Assembly (NCBI GenBank): GCA_013115145.1
Contig: JAAPAO010000004.1
Location: forward strand, 62,001-126,000
Direction: 5' to 3'
Length of the DNA stretch: 64,000 nucleotides
Source: Perkinsus chesapeaki ATCC PRA-425
Lineage: Eukaryota; Protista; Perkinsozoa
In this document: positions 34,050 to 49,411 of the stretch, one piece after another
Position numbering within the stretch: position 1 is the stretch's first letter
How the letters are laid out: each line of letters starts with the position of its first letter
Notes under the pieces: model-generated
The model's database searches: none
The model's input: only the letters and a program-made list of their open reading frames with translations
What the model was told of the DNA's origin: nothing
Made by a program: the position numbers and the translations under genes

Positions 34050-35705
34050 TGGCGTCACAGATCAACATTCTAGGCTCACCACAATCTGCTCGCGGTAAGT
34101 GTCTTCCAGCCTCTCGGCTATTGTACTCACAGTATTGTCGATGTTACGATTTGACTCGCTTGCTGCCTCGAGAGCTCGGCCTACGAGTGGGCCCTCGACA
34201 ATAGCCAGCGGTTGCCCACTTACTGATATCTTTAGCGAGCTTTTCCAGTTTATCTTTGTGGGAATCCACCTCATTGAGGTATATCCTATTTATACTTTCT
34301 TTATGCTTCTCTAACATAGCTCTTTCGCAAGATACTCGTGAAGCTTCAACTAGTTCTACCTGGTACGGACGCATATGTGACAACCACAAGAAGACTATTG
34401 GTAACTTGCAGGAATGATGAAAGTACGGGAGGTTAAAGTAGAATTGGATTTGACTCAATTCAATTTAGTAGTTACTTCTTTCTTGATCCTAGAATCGACT
34501 TCCGCATATAGGGACTGCAACACGTCTTCAAGTCTGGAGCTTGCCGACTGCTGAGCTTGTGCATACTCGGTAAGAGATCGCGCAAGCTGCTCTTTGATCT
34601 GCCACAAGCTGAGTGTCCTACCGTGTGACGAGGAGTTTGGGCAGCAAAGCGGGTACACATAAAGAGCTGCCAGATAATATCACACCTTGCATAGTTCTCC
34701 CTCTTCTCCACACGACGACGAGTGCTTGACAGAAGCAACTGCCTCTTCGATAACTTGTGAGATTCGATCAGTCAACCTGGCAGTGGCAGAAATCTGATCG
34801 AGCGACTGGTTGGGCGACCGACACGGAAAATTCCATCTCAATGAGATTCGCGGCGCTTTTTAAAGGTTGTGAATTCTCACGAATACCAACATCGAGGGAG
34901 TCACCTGAAAGAACTTCGGGCACCATCACGAAGCGCAGATCTGTGAAATTGAGACAGCTTCCCAATCTGAGACTGGGAATAAAATAAGTGGGCAGGTCGA
35001 CGCGCGCACAGAGTATGTCACCTGCGTGGTCCATGGGTGCATCCTCGGCACAAGCCATGCCATCGATATCCACCAACATCTCCGTCATTTCCATCCGGTC
35101 GGCTTTCAGCTGAGCTCGGATCTCTGCTGCGAGAGTGGTCATAACAGAGCAACTGTAGCGGGAACGTTAAATGGTACATTGTAAATAGACCGAAGAGACA
35201 GTGATGACAGGATAACGTTCGTATACATAATTCAATTACGGTGATGAGGAGAAAGCCTCTGTTACATTGCCCCATAAATGCAATCGCACTCGAATCTAGT
35301 ATCTCGATCTCCGTTCTCTCTTCACTAGTTGACTGTTCAGTGACCGAGGTGTACGTTCGCCTGAGCACCCGGGGAACTCAACATGACTACAGACGGAGCG
35401 GTAAATAAGATGAGCAATGAGCAGTTCTGCAGGTCATCAGTATCCGCTTGCCCCTACAGGCATTCCGCAGGTAAGTGTGGTATGTTGACGGGCAGCCATT
35501 TTCCACATTTTGAGCAAAAGGTGTTATGTGCCAGAGATACACTCCAACACGAAGCTGACGGAGAGGCGTAAGAAAGAGCCTTAGTGTGTATGCGTGCAAC
35601 TGTGTAGGCTGCATAGCTATGGCGCACAGCGCAACTACCTGCAATACTAAGAATACCTTTCCGGTTCTTAGCACTGCCATATGCCTGAACGTAGAGGATA
35701 TGCAT
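34050..35705 (-). CDS. Hypothetical protein with coiled-coil C-terminus, multi-exon
   Basis: Exon-like ORFs 34768-35142, 34455-34658 and 34144-34458. Boundaries approximate. Confidence 0.4.
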
Positions 35706-36839
35706 AATAGCACGCTTGCCACAATATCACAACAAAGGTGGAAGTAAATGTGGCTAGAAAGTTAACCAAAGCTGAATGGACGGCTTACGCGTATCCCCTC
35801 AGCCCGACCCAGTTTGTGTGAGTCCCATGCGCTAGCACATCGAGAGCAACCGGTGCACTGGAAAGCGCACAAAAAGTCTGTGAAAAGAAAGGATTTACCC
35901 TAACTAATCGATAACGTTCAGAGCTGATGGCTGCCCGCACGCATATACACCACTAGCAGCTCCCTTGGCCACACAGGGGTTATGAGTCCCAGTCGTGCTT
36001 CAGGGTATGAACGGACCAAACGTAACTATGCAAAAGAGCGCCTGATGCCAATAACGAAATACTTTCACGATGAGTGTGTAATGTGGTTTGCCCCACGAGG
36101 CAGCGGCCTCAACCGTAGCAAAGCGCAACAAACGTACGTGAAGTGTCACCATACCGGCAGCAAACCAGTTTGATCATCCTGATTAATACGGTACAGCGAT
36201 TGCTGTTGGTTGTACTGCAACCTTCATACTCAAACCAGCGGCGGCATCACTTGAATCAGAGCGGTCGCTTCAACGCCCATCGGGCGTTCTATTTTGTATG
36301 TTACGCCATCAGGCACCCTCGCAGCGCATCGCTCCGCCTATGCACCTTGGCGAGATCATCATGTGCTTCGTGCGTCTCCGGAGTTTTAAATATTCCAATT
36401 GAGCATTGTAAGAAATCCACAGTGCTTTTATAGATATAAGGTAAAGATATATTATAGATATATATAGATACTCTAAATGCAAAGAATCCCGCGTCAGGAG
36501 CGAACGGACAAAGCTATTCTGCGCCGCCTTCCGATATAGATATCATTGAGCCCCTTCGATTTGTATGTTTTACATCATACTTCCGACATGAAAGGTTATG
36601 AAGGGCGGGCACTTAGTCTTCATGCACCCTGTAGAAAGTACAGTTAAGGAGGGAGTAAAGGAAGAAGTGTAGGAGTGATGGGGGCACGTCGCGCAGATCC
36701 CGTTAGTGCCGCTATTTGCTCCTTGTGGGGTTGCTAGTGTGGACGCATCCTTAACAAACATGGTTTCACTCCTCTGCTCAAGCCGTCGAATAGAGAAGGC
36801 CGCGAGTGCAGACATTGTCAGTATCGCGCATACTTTCCA

Positions 36840-38601
36840 ATGTCCTTACGCCTACTGCAACTGCTTATCGTCCATAAGGTTCTATCTCACAAGGCTCTAG
36901 CTCCAAATAAGGAACACTGTAAGATGATCGTTATAAGCCTGGATGGCTTTGGTGCTACTGACCTTGACATACCTGGTTTGAAAATTCCCAATATTAGGGG
37001 CCTTGAGAAGGATGGACTGAGTGTAAGTCGGCGATGATACTTTTCTTTTCTGGATGTTGAGGTTCAGGCTGAATACCTGAAGCCAGTGTTCTCCACACTT
37101 ACTTTCCCGAACCATTGGAGCATGGTAACTGGTGCTTATGAAGATCAGCATGGTATACTTGACAACTTTATGTGGGATCCAGTTCTAAAGAAATCCTTCA
37201 GTATGAGAGAACCCGGGGACGAGTATTAAAACGATGAATCAAAGTCGTTGCTTCTCTTGGCGTTCATAGGTTCTTTCAAGAGGCAGAGACTATTTTTGGC
37301 ACTGCGAATCGCTCGGGCATCAGAACTTTCACCCTCAACTGGCCAGCATCCGACCGTGAAGTTCAGGGATACTATCCAACGTATTCCGAAAGATATCGAG
37401 CAGACCACCATCATGAATCCTACATACTGACGACCATGGTGTTAGATACTGGAGCCCCTATGACGAATCTGTCCCCTACAAAGAGAGGATTGATCGCTTG
37501 ATACAGGCAATGGAGGAGGATGATGAAATTAGACTTGGAATGACGTAGGGATGAAGTGTTGGCATACACCTGGTTCAGAAGAAATCAGTTACTTTGAAGA
37601 ACCCGACAAATCTGCTCATTTCAAAGGAGGACCGAAATCTCAGGATGTCAAAAACGCCATTGAGGAACTTGACGGGCTGATGGGATATTTGAGAAAAGAG
37701 TTGCACAGAATCAAGGGTGGGAATAAGGAGTTTAACCACTTCTTTGAGGAATCATCGGCCTCTTAGTTCCAGAATAGCATTCTTCTAATCTTAGGTGATG
37801 TTAACCTAGTGGTGTTGAGTGACCATGGTCTTGTACCAGCCAGCCTCAAGGATAAAGGGATTTATATCCCAGACTATTTAACAATGCCTGGGTAATTAGG
37901 CAAGCATGTGAGCAAACTGAATGTTGTTCGGCTCAAACGACCGAATTCGGGAATGATAGCTGGCAGACATAATTATGAAATGTGCATGCAGCCAATGTTT
38001 CTCAGGAGTACGAGTCTGATTGAGAGAATAAGTGCATTTGGTGCTGTAACCCACATCTGGCCCAAGGATCCAGCCAGAGATTCCGATCTCATCCTCAAGA
38101 ATCTTTCGGATGCCAAGCATATGACGTGCTCAAAGAAAGAGGACTTACGTGACAGTTGGCACTATAAGAGTCACAGAAGAGTGTCGCCCGTTGTAAGCCC
38201 GTGTGCACTAGATACATTACCAACATATTTGCTCTAGGTATGCGTTTCTGATAGTGAGTGGATGACATACGATAACAAGGAAAGGCTCAAACGTCATATC
38301 GTGGGATGGCACGGATATGACAACGAGTGTGAATACGGTCTAGACGAGGGTCAACGGTGTCCTCGTCAGGGATATCGGCATGCGCGCAATCTTTTTCGCT
38401 GCTGGCCCTCAGATAGCTCGAGCTGGGAAGCCTGTTAAAGCATTTGAAATGGTGATATGCAACAGTGAGCATCGAAATTCTAACTCCTCTCCTCATCAGG
38501 TACACATATACGCATTGATGGCACATGTTATAGGGATTCCTGAGAAACAATGGCCTAAGAACAGTGCAAGTGTCAATGCTGTGATACCATCTGACGAGTG
38601 A
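36840..38601 (+). CDS. Nucleotide pyrophosphatase/phosphodiesterase (ENPP family), multi-exon
   Basis: VISLDGFG, STLTFPNHWSMVTG...HGI..N.MWDP, YFEEPDKSAH..GP.S, LSDHG, GWHGYDN, MRAIFFAAGP. Confidence 0.9.
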
Positions 38602-39169
38602 TTGTCCCTAATTATTGCATCCATGTTCAGATTCGCCACATCCTGAGAAGGACAAGTGCCGTAGTGGGGCAGTTGTAACTTGCCAGGCTGATATCAGTTT
38701 TCCCTGATGATTACACTATTGAGCTTATCTTAGATCATCATCTCCTGATTACCTACACATTATTCACTTAATTCTTTCTCTTTCATTTTTTATCTTTATC
38801 TGAAGATGTTATCGCCCCTTATTTGTGGTTTTGTATTAAGTTGAGAATACCACAACCCGAAAGCAGGTATGGGTTCTGAATTGAGGGCAAGAATAATACA
38901 GCAACAAGAGAGACAAGAGCTCAAGAGCAGATCGTTTGCTGTTCTCTCAGAGCACGTGCACAATATCATCAACGATTGGGCCACCTGTGAAATTGAGACG
39001 CACGTTGGGTGCGCAACCCACACACGAACGGTCATTTTGGATAGGACTAAGCACGTACCCATGCGGGTCGAAAACACAACGAGACTTTCGCTGATAACAA
39101 ATCCATATTCACACCACGAAGTCGATCCTGACGTCTGAATAGCATCATGGATCAAAATAGTGCCAGAAC

Positions 39170-42100
39170 AATAGTCTGCAAGTTCTCAGTCGACCAAGAA
39201 CTCCTTAGTCGAAGGATTTCGGCCAAAGCACTTTGTACTGCTTGGTTGGACAACTCTTATAACCATTGCTTCTCTGACAGGTTTAGAGGCGTCGTCTCCC
39301 TCTAACCTCTTGGCCTCTGTGCTGCACTGCATATACCTGAAACTCACTATGAAAAAGATCGATGTTAGATGCCTGTGGCCACTATTAAATCACATGAACA
39401 CAGCGCTGGTGGTTGATAAAGGAGACTGTTAGGGCTGAGGAGGATCGGATGAGCTTTCGTCGAACTGCTGGAGCACAAAGTAGTTCAGCGGCCCCGTCCA
39501 GACGTCTCTTCGGAGTACATCACCCATTTCCATACTGTCACTTGATATATTCTGAGAATAATGGCGGCAAGTAAGCAGCACATCAAGCAGATCAAGTGTC
39601 GTCGAATGCCGGCGCTCGCACTACAAACGACTCCTTCGTACTCGTTTGAAACGAAAGACATAAACACCTTTTCGCACCCTGCAACACATTTCCGCGACTT
39701 ATGTCACATGAGTCAGGCCTCACTATCATACCCTATCCGTCATCCAGGTGATAATACTCATAAGCTCATCTCCTTCATTACCAATGGTAGAGGAACTTCT
39801 CATAATGGCAAGTGCATCCTGATAATAATACCAAGAGTCCAGGAATTGCTCAGATACAATGTCTCACCTTAGTCCATGTTACGGACTGTGCTTCAACGCT
39901 TACATCATGCGGTTCGTCTGGGGTATCCTCGTTTTCATGTGACTGCTCTATCTTATTGAACTTCACTTTTTTAACGAGTTGTCTTTCGGGGAACATAGGA
40001 TTACCAGGAGCGAACGACAAGGTGACGGCGTACCTGAGTATTCGACAAAGGTATCTTTTGGGCATGCGTGAACATTTCATAGAATTGAACACATTTCTAC
40101 AAACGTATATGTCGTAGAATCCGAGTTTCTAGGACATGTTTTTCGGGAACTTGAAGGAATTTGTCGGACAATATCGAATCGTGAGACTGAATACAATCTT
40201 TCTGTAACGGCTCTTTAGTTCATCCTAATGCAACAACACCTCGCGTCCTCATTACGATCCCAAGTCATCTATATTATCATTGACCATGAAGTCGGTAAGA
40301 TACTGGAATGCTTGAAACTCAACTTCAGTAACGAGGATTAGCGGGTGGCCGGTAAAGACCTACACAATACGCTACAACTCGTGGCACTATTGGACTAACA
40401 ACGAACTTGTAGCCAAAAGTCCGGTATTTTCCGAGTCAGCTGACTTCTTTCCTGGTATAATGGTTTCTTTTGTTCATCGAATTTCCGTTGGACCTGTTCA
40501 AGAGAAATCCAAGGGAAGGTGACGAATGTCCATCACACCTTTATAAGCTCCCTACAGCAATCTCGGTCCACGATATCTATCGCTGTCTGAGCGTCCTCTA
40601 GCTCCTCCATAAGAGACCCTCTGCGACAACGCTTATCCCCTGGGCTTCCATCTGGATCATCCTTAGCAGGGGAATGCCGCTTCATGAGACTAGGCTACTC
40701 GCGAGTTCAGAAGAAGGAACAAGACAATAGTAAATTACAGAAGCAATGATGAGAAGACATGAAGACATGGTATAACTTCATTTAAGGTTGGAGCAAATCT
40801 CTGAGAAGCATAGAACGATTTACTGATGGTCGTCGCCACAGTGCTGACTTTTTTGAAGTCGGTCGATGATAATCAGGAAAGCAGCAAAGTCTATCTCATC
40901 TTCTTCAATAACAACCGAATGAGTTGTCGATCCTTCACCATGGATCACCTATAGGACATTTACAAAGAGAATGCTGCTAGCCATCACCTCTTCTGTGAAG
41001 CTCTCTCGTTCGGCATCACTTATAGATCTCCTTCCTTTGCCAGCAGTCTTTACTATGAATGACCTTTAACAGAAGACAACTGGTGCATTACGGTCGAGTG
41101 TGTGTTGATAAAGCGAAGGAAGTCAACAAGCACAGTTCATTTAGCATATCTCAGAAGATTCCTTGGTGCTTACGATATGAACCCTTTCAGTGCGAACTTT
41201 ATCTCGGAAAGGCTCGCACGGCCTGTGTGGCTGTGATCACAAAGTTCAAAAGCCTCACGATACCGAACAATGTCATCTTTGGAAAAAGATAATAGAGCTG
41301 TGGCCTGAGGCAGCAATGATCGGCGACAGCATACAGAGATGTGCAACTTCTTTGAAACGATGCTCCTCTTTGACTAGCCGCCAGATCTCCGCCTTCAACA
41401 AATCATATCGTATAACCCTTGCGCTGTCTGACTCATCACAGAGTTTGTTAAGGGCAGCGGTAAAACGGGCTTCGGAGAAACCAGCTTCCCCCGGGGGAAA
41501 TCCCATCGCTTCAAAGGCCTGCAAATTTTAATCATCATTCTGCAGCAGCAGAACACTTTCAGTAACACCTCCCTAACACGGCCAGCAGGAACGACCAACT
41601 CGATACTTCTGGTTTGGGCACCAACTCTGAGGGTTGTTTGCCGACTTCTTTGTTTCACCAGTTGGGTGCCTTCTCGAAGAAGCCTATCTATTGCAGAAGA
41701 AACTTCCAGTGGCACAGAAGGTGCTTCAATCTGACCATTCAACCTTAATACTGAACAACAAAGAGCGCCTCACGTATGGTCTCGTTGGCATCCGAGAGAG
41801 CAATCTCCGAGGGCCTCGTGAATGTAGGTTCGAGGCAGATGGTGATTCATCGTCGTCATCGCTATCGCATATCAGACGAATGGAACTCCTGCTCCTCGCC
41901 GAAAACATTCCACCACGTCTATTCGTTGGTGGTGGGCGATGAACGATGGAGGATGTTGATGATGCGTCCGAGGTGTCATTATCACTCGACTCGCTCACTA
42001 GAGGCGTATTATTAGCCTGTTGTTCGGGGACTTTGCAATGTCTACCAGTGGGCACATGGACCTTGGTGTTGGCAACAATCTAGCCAGCTGTACTTTTTCC

Positions 42101-43532
42101 ATATCTTCTTTAGTTCATTCGATGTAGCGGCATTGACACCAGTCGATGATTGCCTGCGTCGGGTCAGATCCTCCCTCTCCTCTCTGAGAACTGTAGCGTT
42201 ACCGATTCCAATCACCCAGCTGACATGTGCCAAGGAATCCCCGAATCTGTTTTGACTAGCTCTTCAACTAAACCGTAGACAGAGTTTACCTTGTAAGACG
42301 ACTTCTACGATCGGTCGATTCTTTATCGCTGGGTTCGATGAACCGCATGTCAGCACTAATGAAGGCTCGCGGGAGCCGCTCCTCACTGAGACTTGCAAAG
42401 GGCATTGTTGACCCACGGCAGGTATCATTTGAGGGATGCAGTGTTATTGACTAAAGTACAGGGATTCTAGCAGACGTCAAGGAGGAGATTGTGAACCATG
42501 GTAAGAGTTGGATTATCTTCCTTTCCTAGTCTGCTAATTAAATCTTCGATTCCCAAACAACATGAGGCTTCCAGCTCAATGGCGTCATCGTCGTCACTGT
42601 CGTATACTGTAGTGACCATCACCATTTTTAGTGTGAGGTCTGCCTCGGTACGCTCACATGAAGATGAAGGAACAATGGTCCTGAAGTAAGGCAGTCACCT
42701 GTCGCTGTCAGCGATTCCGCTACATCACGATTCCTTCTTCCATTTTCATATTCTCCAACTTGACACCTTCACCGATCCATTTCTGCCAATCACCAAGAAT
42801 AGTGTTTGTTTCATCTTTTGCTTCGGAAAGAGTAAGCCCAACAAGAATGTCTTCCCCTGTGGAGGCCTTCTCCACAACTTTGGCCTCCTGTATGCCATGA
42901 ACTCGCAATCTTAGAAGAGCAACCGCCTGAACCACATACAGCGGAAGGATAAGTTTCACGGCATGAAATGCATAGTGTATGGTGGTCTGCACCCGCCACT
43001 CATCATGCAGCCACTCACCGCTGTGCCATTGTTCCATTGGCATTGTGTATCGGCAACAGGGGAAGGGCTACCAGCACCACCAGGTGCTTTAGATTGATAG
43101 GCTCCTACTCGAGCGTGGGATGTTAATAGCTCAAGCCAGAGGTCGGGCAATGGTGAGGCAACCCCAAGATAGGTCCAGTCCCTGAACAGTATCCCCGGGC
43201 GACCAGATTTATTAATGAATCACTCACTGAGGTACCCAGAGGCCTGCTGATGGCTTAACTGGCCTCAATAGCGGAACTGGAGGGGGGCCACTTGTGGTGT
43301 TAGAGTGGCAATCAATTATGCTTGGGTTTGGCATGTCCATACAAAGCCATCCTCTCAATGAAGGAGGTGGAATGAAACGTTGAGTGGCGTTCGGGGGCTC
43401 CCCGCACCATCGGCGACTAACAGTCTTCAGCTCCAGCATGATATTGGTCTGTTGAGGCGACATAGCCGATAGATCCGACAGACCTGTACAGGAGGACCGA
43501 TACACTGTATTTAGAATACAGACCGTTGTCAT
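39170..43532 (-). CDS. Large hypothetical multi-exon gene (possibly more than one)
   Basis: ATG at 43532 and many exon-like ORFs (42720-43043, 41726-42055, 41273-41524, 39850-40092). No recognised domain. Confidence 0.35.
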
Positions 43533-43799
43533 AATGTCTTGCTACGGAAGTGTGTCATTCGTGACTATATAATGTTCTTTAAAAGGTCTGTATATGGGCA
43601 ACAACAACAACATCATCATCATCATCAAGCGATGAAGATAACGAACCAAAGACTTGCCCGAGTACGCATCAGATATAGAACTCAGTGACGGTACCCTAGA
43701 GATTATAATATAACTACACCCCAGAATACTTACCTATTTCACATAGCGACATTGGGACCTCAAACATACATCCAAACCCATCAGTAGCATCCTTGCAAC

Positions 43800-46010
43800 A
43801 CATCAAGCTAATTGAAACCTATTAACAGCAAACTCAAGGGAGCAGCGGTCGAGGTCCACCTGAATCGTCGTAGCTTTCCTCGCCCACCGCTGGATTGAAT
43901 TAGCATCATCAGCGAAGAGCCAGAATAAGCGCAAGGCACGAACCTACCATGCCAGCTCAGGATGCAAAGATACGTTGGTCATACATATGCTTGGCAATCC
44001 CCAACAGAGATGGGAGTATGCAGTTTATAGCAAGTACCGAGGAAAGAGAAGCGGATAATAAGAGCCTGAGAGGTGGTGATGGGAGCGTTAGCAGCAGCTG
44101 TCGGTTGCTGCTGCTTACTCGGGGCACTGCACCGAGAGGGACAATGGTGTCAAGGTTGAGTCTGACGAAGAATTGAGAAAAGAAAATGACATACGTAGAT
44201 CTGTACTCTGCAACTTTGGTGATGTAAAACATTACTCTCCACCTGAACTTCACATTAACTCCTATATCATCACGATCGATACCATCACAACTGCAAAGGT
44301 CATCATTGAATGTCTAAGAAGACAGCATCGGCACACCTTCCCCCATCATTCTCCATCATCACATCATTCCGCTGGTCCAAAGGTATTGGTAAATCGGCGT
44401 CAAGGGGAAGGAAGTCCACTGCAGTTGGAGTACTAATTCTTTCGGCCTTCTTTCGAGCCTCGTCATGAGCCAGCTCTGTTAAAGTGTTGATGAAGCAGCC
44501 AAGTCCTTCAGGCTCTGCTTCGGCCATTGTTTGCCCCTTTTTCACAGGACCTGGGAGGCTTGCTGAGGACGTTCCAGGCGAGGCGTACCCCCGAGTTTGA
44601 TGGAGAACAGTCCGGTCACTTGCGCCAAGTCTTCAAGTGCCAAATGGAGTCGGTAGCATTGTCCGCAGGTATGAACAAGACGATAGCGATCCTCGCTAGG
44701 GTTGATGCTTGTTGGACACATCCCTGGCAGTAATAGACCGATGTTTTCCACGCTCGACATAAGCTGCTGTAAATGCTGCCCAGAACGGTGTAAGGCGACT
44801 GCAGCCACCCGATACCTAGAGACCTCATGCCACCTGCACCTTGAAATGGAGTTACGGTAGAGATGGAAAGCTTCCGCCGCAGGAACCACATCTATACGAT
44901 TGATAAGCTGACGTTTGGGCTAATGGCGGCTCTGAGGTCTCCGAGAGGTTGGTGGATCTAACCAAGCCTATGTCGGAACAACCGCCATGAAGGTTCCCAC
45001 GTCCCTTCTTCGTCAGTGCTGGCCTCTGAAGCACACCTTGCAGTCCAATGGCTTCCCTGCCTCACAGCAAGATGCTGAGAGCATCGCCTCTTGCTTGTGA
45101 CGGCATGAAGATTGTTAACGTTGAGGAGCCAGTAGGGCACATCTCCTCGAGAAGACGATCGTCGAGCGAAACTTAAAGTCATTGTGGTTAAACGGAGCCC
45201 TCGAACCTAAAGGAACCATTCCCAGTAGTCGAGTGGTCAGCTACCTGCAGCAGCCAACCAGCAAGTGCTCGTACTGCGGATTCTACTTCCCTTGGGCACC
45301 TTGAAATGACGCTATCGATACCTGTACTACACTAACTATAAACGAACTTCTTGGGAGCGTAATCACCTTGTCCCAACAAGAATTCAGCTCGGATTCTGCC
45401 AAAGTCTCTGGAGGAGGACGTACCAGTTGTGTAGGTTATGCGCAAGGAGGAGGTTGCCGGGTGGCGATTATTCGTTGGTAGCTTTTGTATAACCTCAAAA
45501 AACCTTCCAGTCATCGTCTACTGAGATTCAAAGTTTACTCGTTTCCCTGCTGTCTTATTGTTCAGTTCAGATGCCAGCTCTACTGGGGTAAGGAAAGTCG
45601 TGGTAGAATTGCCAGGAACAGGGTCTCGCATTAACACACAGCAGGGAGCCTCGGCTTTCATACCCGCGTGGACGAATCGGCTCAAGATCTGATCGGGCTG
45701 TGTCTGGCAAACGCGATATCCGAGAAAGCCCTATCTCCTTTTCAGTAAATTTACGAGTACCACGAAGACGTCCGTTGCGATCAGTAAAAAGCCACACTGC
45801 GGCACTTTGAGGTGGCGGATGCCGCGCTTCATCATCATTCGCGCCTTCTGCACATTTCGGCAAGTCAATCCCAAAGATAATGGTCTCCGGCAACCAAATG
45901 TGAAGAGGAAAGTCGGGAGCACGCCTCGTTGAGCTATTCTTGTGTTCTACAGACCTCGACAAAGGAAGATGTTAGCTGACAAGCATAAAACAAGCTGAGT
46001 CACCATTGCC
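43800..46010 (-). CDS. Hypothetical multi-exon protein
   Basis: Exon-like ORFs (IWLPETIIFG...WLFTDRNGRL; 44303-44545). Boundaries approximate. Confidence 0.35.
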
Positions 46011-46682
46011 CATCAGCTAGAAGGAGAGGCTTGACCAATAGGTGAAAAACTTCCACTGGGGTTTCATACCGTCTCAGTGTCCCAGAAGTCTGCTGCATTC
46101 CACTCTCTGACATGATAAACTCGGCAACTACTCAGCACAGGGCAGGGTAAGAAGCGATAAATAAAGTCGTTTGGCCTGAGCACCCATCGGGACTGAGCTA
46201 CCATTCGCTGCTTCCTGGGATCACTCAACTCAAATTGCTCCTCCGACGGATAAACTCAATAGGTATCCACTCAGTCTACTGTAATGTGAGTCTAAGGATT
46301 AAGCATGCTAAGTCTGTATTGAATACGAATGGAAGTCTACAGGCCCGCTACAAGTATTGAAGACACTGAGATTACGAGTTGTCACGTTACGTGCCGTCGT
46401 TCACAGGCGCACTGGCGGTATTGCGCCATGCGCCACGTTGTGTATCGCTCACACAGAATCTTGCGCGTAACTTTTGCGGGTTCCCGTATCTTCGGCTTTG
46501 TATAAGACTGTTAGGCTAACAGTGTACCCGTGAATATGTACGGGAGTCATTCTGGTAGAGTGAGGCACTGTTTTCAATCATACGTGACGATTGGAGGAGA
46601 TTAGCGGCGTCTACGCAACTAAGTATGACGGGAGAGCATCGTAGGCTCACAAACGTGTGTCAAGATCATATAACACTCAACA

Positions 46683-46752
46683 GCATCATTGGTCTAGTGG
46701 TAGAATACAACGTTGCCATCTTGTGACCCGAGTTCGATTCTCGGATGAAGCA
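46683..46752 (+). pseudogene. tRNA-Gly(GCC) duplicate with damaged stems
   Basis: Same as 50477-50547 except one G lost from the anticodon stem and a T>A change in the acceptor stem. Confidence 0.85.
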
Positions 46753-49411
46753 GAGCTTTTGCAAAAATCCTGTTGTGTAATCTGTCCCTCAACCCACCTA
46801 TTCGAGCAGCTGCTGCTTAACATCACACTTACCATCGCACGTCGATGCTGTTGAGCCCGAGCGAGATCCAGTGAATCCACTTGCGGCCAGCAAGTTGCTA
46901 CCGATTAGCCTTCTTAGGAGCACTTTAACAAGTCCAGCCTGGACTGACCAGGATCGCTCGGAGCAATCGGAGGAAATTACGATGACGCAACCCTACCGCT
47001 CTCGCGGCGAGGGTGGTGGGGCAGTATCATCGTGAATTGCCCGTAAAGTTATTTAATATTTTTGGAGTTGATCTCACCCTGGTACCCGTTGAAATCGCCG
47101 TGAGGCCGCAGAAGGTCTGTGGCAGAACTGGAGGTTGACTCTTAGAGCCGTACATTCTCCAAGCCCCCCTACAGGGGCTGGTAACGAGAACTTCTCGTCG
47201 AGAAGCCAACCGTTTCTTGGTTTCTGGCTTCTTCAGCCGAGGCGAGCGAGCGCAGCTTTCAAAGATCTGGTAAGGTCAAAATTTTAATATAGGATTTGAA
47301 TAGTTCGGCAGGGCGGTATGTTAAATGCTCCACTTGTAATGTAAGCATAACAGAGGAGCTGCCTCGAGCCAAAATATCCTTCATGCCAAGAAGTTCCTGT
47401 ATGGCGGCTCAGCCGCCGCGGCTGGCACACTCACCTCTATACGGCGGTACGTATAGTGGCTCGGATTATAGTGGCGGCCACTATAGAAGTTCGTTAAGTA
47501 GTATTGATGAGGCGCTGAGAGTGTGGTCAGCTCCTTCAGATAAACCTTCACTGTGGCCAGCCAGCAGGCGCCAGTGGTTTTCTCTATCATGCAGGGAGTT
47601 AGGGAGAGTACCCCCGTAACGGGGGCCCCGTTCCCCGGGATACTGAAAACTTTTAACGACTAATTGGATACAGGTCGGCAGCGTGTCGCAACCTTCAAGA
47701 GAATACACGTTCAAGTTTCAAGGACTCGATTCGTAAGACCACAATGTGGTCACCACATGCGATAACCAATTACATCATCAAAGGTACTTAAGGGACTTAG
47801 TGGCCCTCTTACGAGAACCGAGCTAGGCTCTGCTCAGTCTCACTGGATAGTGGCTGTAGACCACCATCGTTGTATCTGGAAGAGCGTTATCAAATGCAAT
47901 GTGGATTACTACCTCTGCCTCCTGCCAGGAGGCTCCTGGCAGACCTGCTAGGTCTGACCTGGTCCTTCTCAAAATACCTCGACTTCTTGAAGCTGGCACA
48001 CTGGCGTCCCAAGGGGGGAATAAGCCAAGCGATACCAGTAATAGTCTGTTCCAAGGGGAATGTCTGTTCTGCGATGCGGCGTGGTTGATATTACTTGGTA
48101 GCCGCTCGCAGATGTGGCGTGGCGACTCCGTGGAACGCTCTATCAGATATTGAACGAGTGTACCATAATTAGTGTGTAACTATCATTGTCTGCTGCGGAA
48201 GCCGGTTAGCAAATAATTCGAGTGAATCCATGAATTCGAGTTTTACCAAGATATGAATCAACCGCTCACTAGTTAAACAGTCTACTCAACTAGTAAGCGA
48301 TTGATTCCTATCCTGCTTAAAGCAGTGCACCGACGCCCATCATGGGCCCATCATGGGCGGCCCATGCCGCAAGAGGGAAAGCGATCTACAAGCCGGGCTA
48401 TCGGCCGCGCGTGTTACCTGTCAGTATCACAGACTCGAAGCTAGCTGAGCCGCTTCTTTAAGAGCCCAAGTCTCTTGATGAGGCGGTTCAGCGATGTAGC
48501 TGTGACGTATACGTCGAGGAGCACGGCCAAGACTACTTCATAGCTGATGAACATCGGAGACCTCGGGCGCTCACCTCACCATGTCACGCATGGAGGAGGC
48601 GCGACTTACTCACCTACGAAGACTAGGGGCACTGCGTTCTGTCAGTTCATGGGATGGTCTGAATAGATAACCACATGAAACGAGAGCTGGTAATGTCTAC
48701 ATGCGTGTGTGGTCCATAACTAGGAGCAGCATGATCAGCGGATTTGAAAGATATTCTTAGGATTTTCGGTAATCCTGGAACCCCGGGGTTCTCAGGTTCT
48801 CAGAAACCTGTAACTCCGTCGGGAGGACGGCTTTCCCGTGAAAACGATGCCGAGTCACGTAGTGTGAATGTGACTCACATTCACCGCTTCCAATGAAAGT
48901 AAAGCAATATTTCTCGACATTGTGGACTCTTTAATACGGATTCTGTAACCTTTCGTATTTTTCCAGCTACGTCAAATCCTACAGCCCCCCTAGCAGGGCA
49001 TCTGGAGGGAACGAACTCGGACTCGATGCCAATTGAGCCACTGGATACATTGACGGTCAATGATTGACTGATCGGAAGTTGCGAAAGCAGGGGAGAGCGA
49101 GCAAACCTCGCTCTAGAGCAGCTCGTCTGAATTACCGACTGGTGATGCATAGCTTTGGGCAGAGCCTCCTAAGGTAGTGCCGCGGGACTGCCAGTCCCGG
49201 GCTGACTCGAATTTCGACTCTCGAAATAATGTTGGTCTTGTCAGTCCCACCTCCATCCGAATGAAGCGCGCTCCAGTTGTGAGAGAAGGGTCTGCCGAAC
49301 TCGGTCTGAGTATCTTTGCAATCCCTCGGATAATCCATTAACTCCATTAAGTGACTTAATTTAAGTCCTCCATTAACTACGTAGTTAGCAGCTCAGCACT
49401 TTCGCTACATT

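Noticed and set aside
38869-39138. Stand-alone 89-aa ORF
   Set aside because: No recognisable motif or supported exon structure, so not called.
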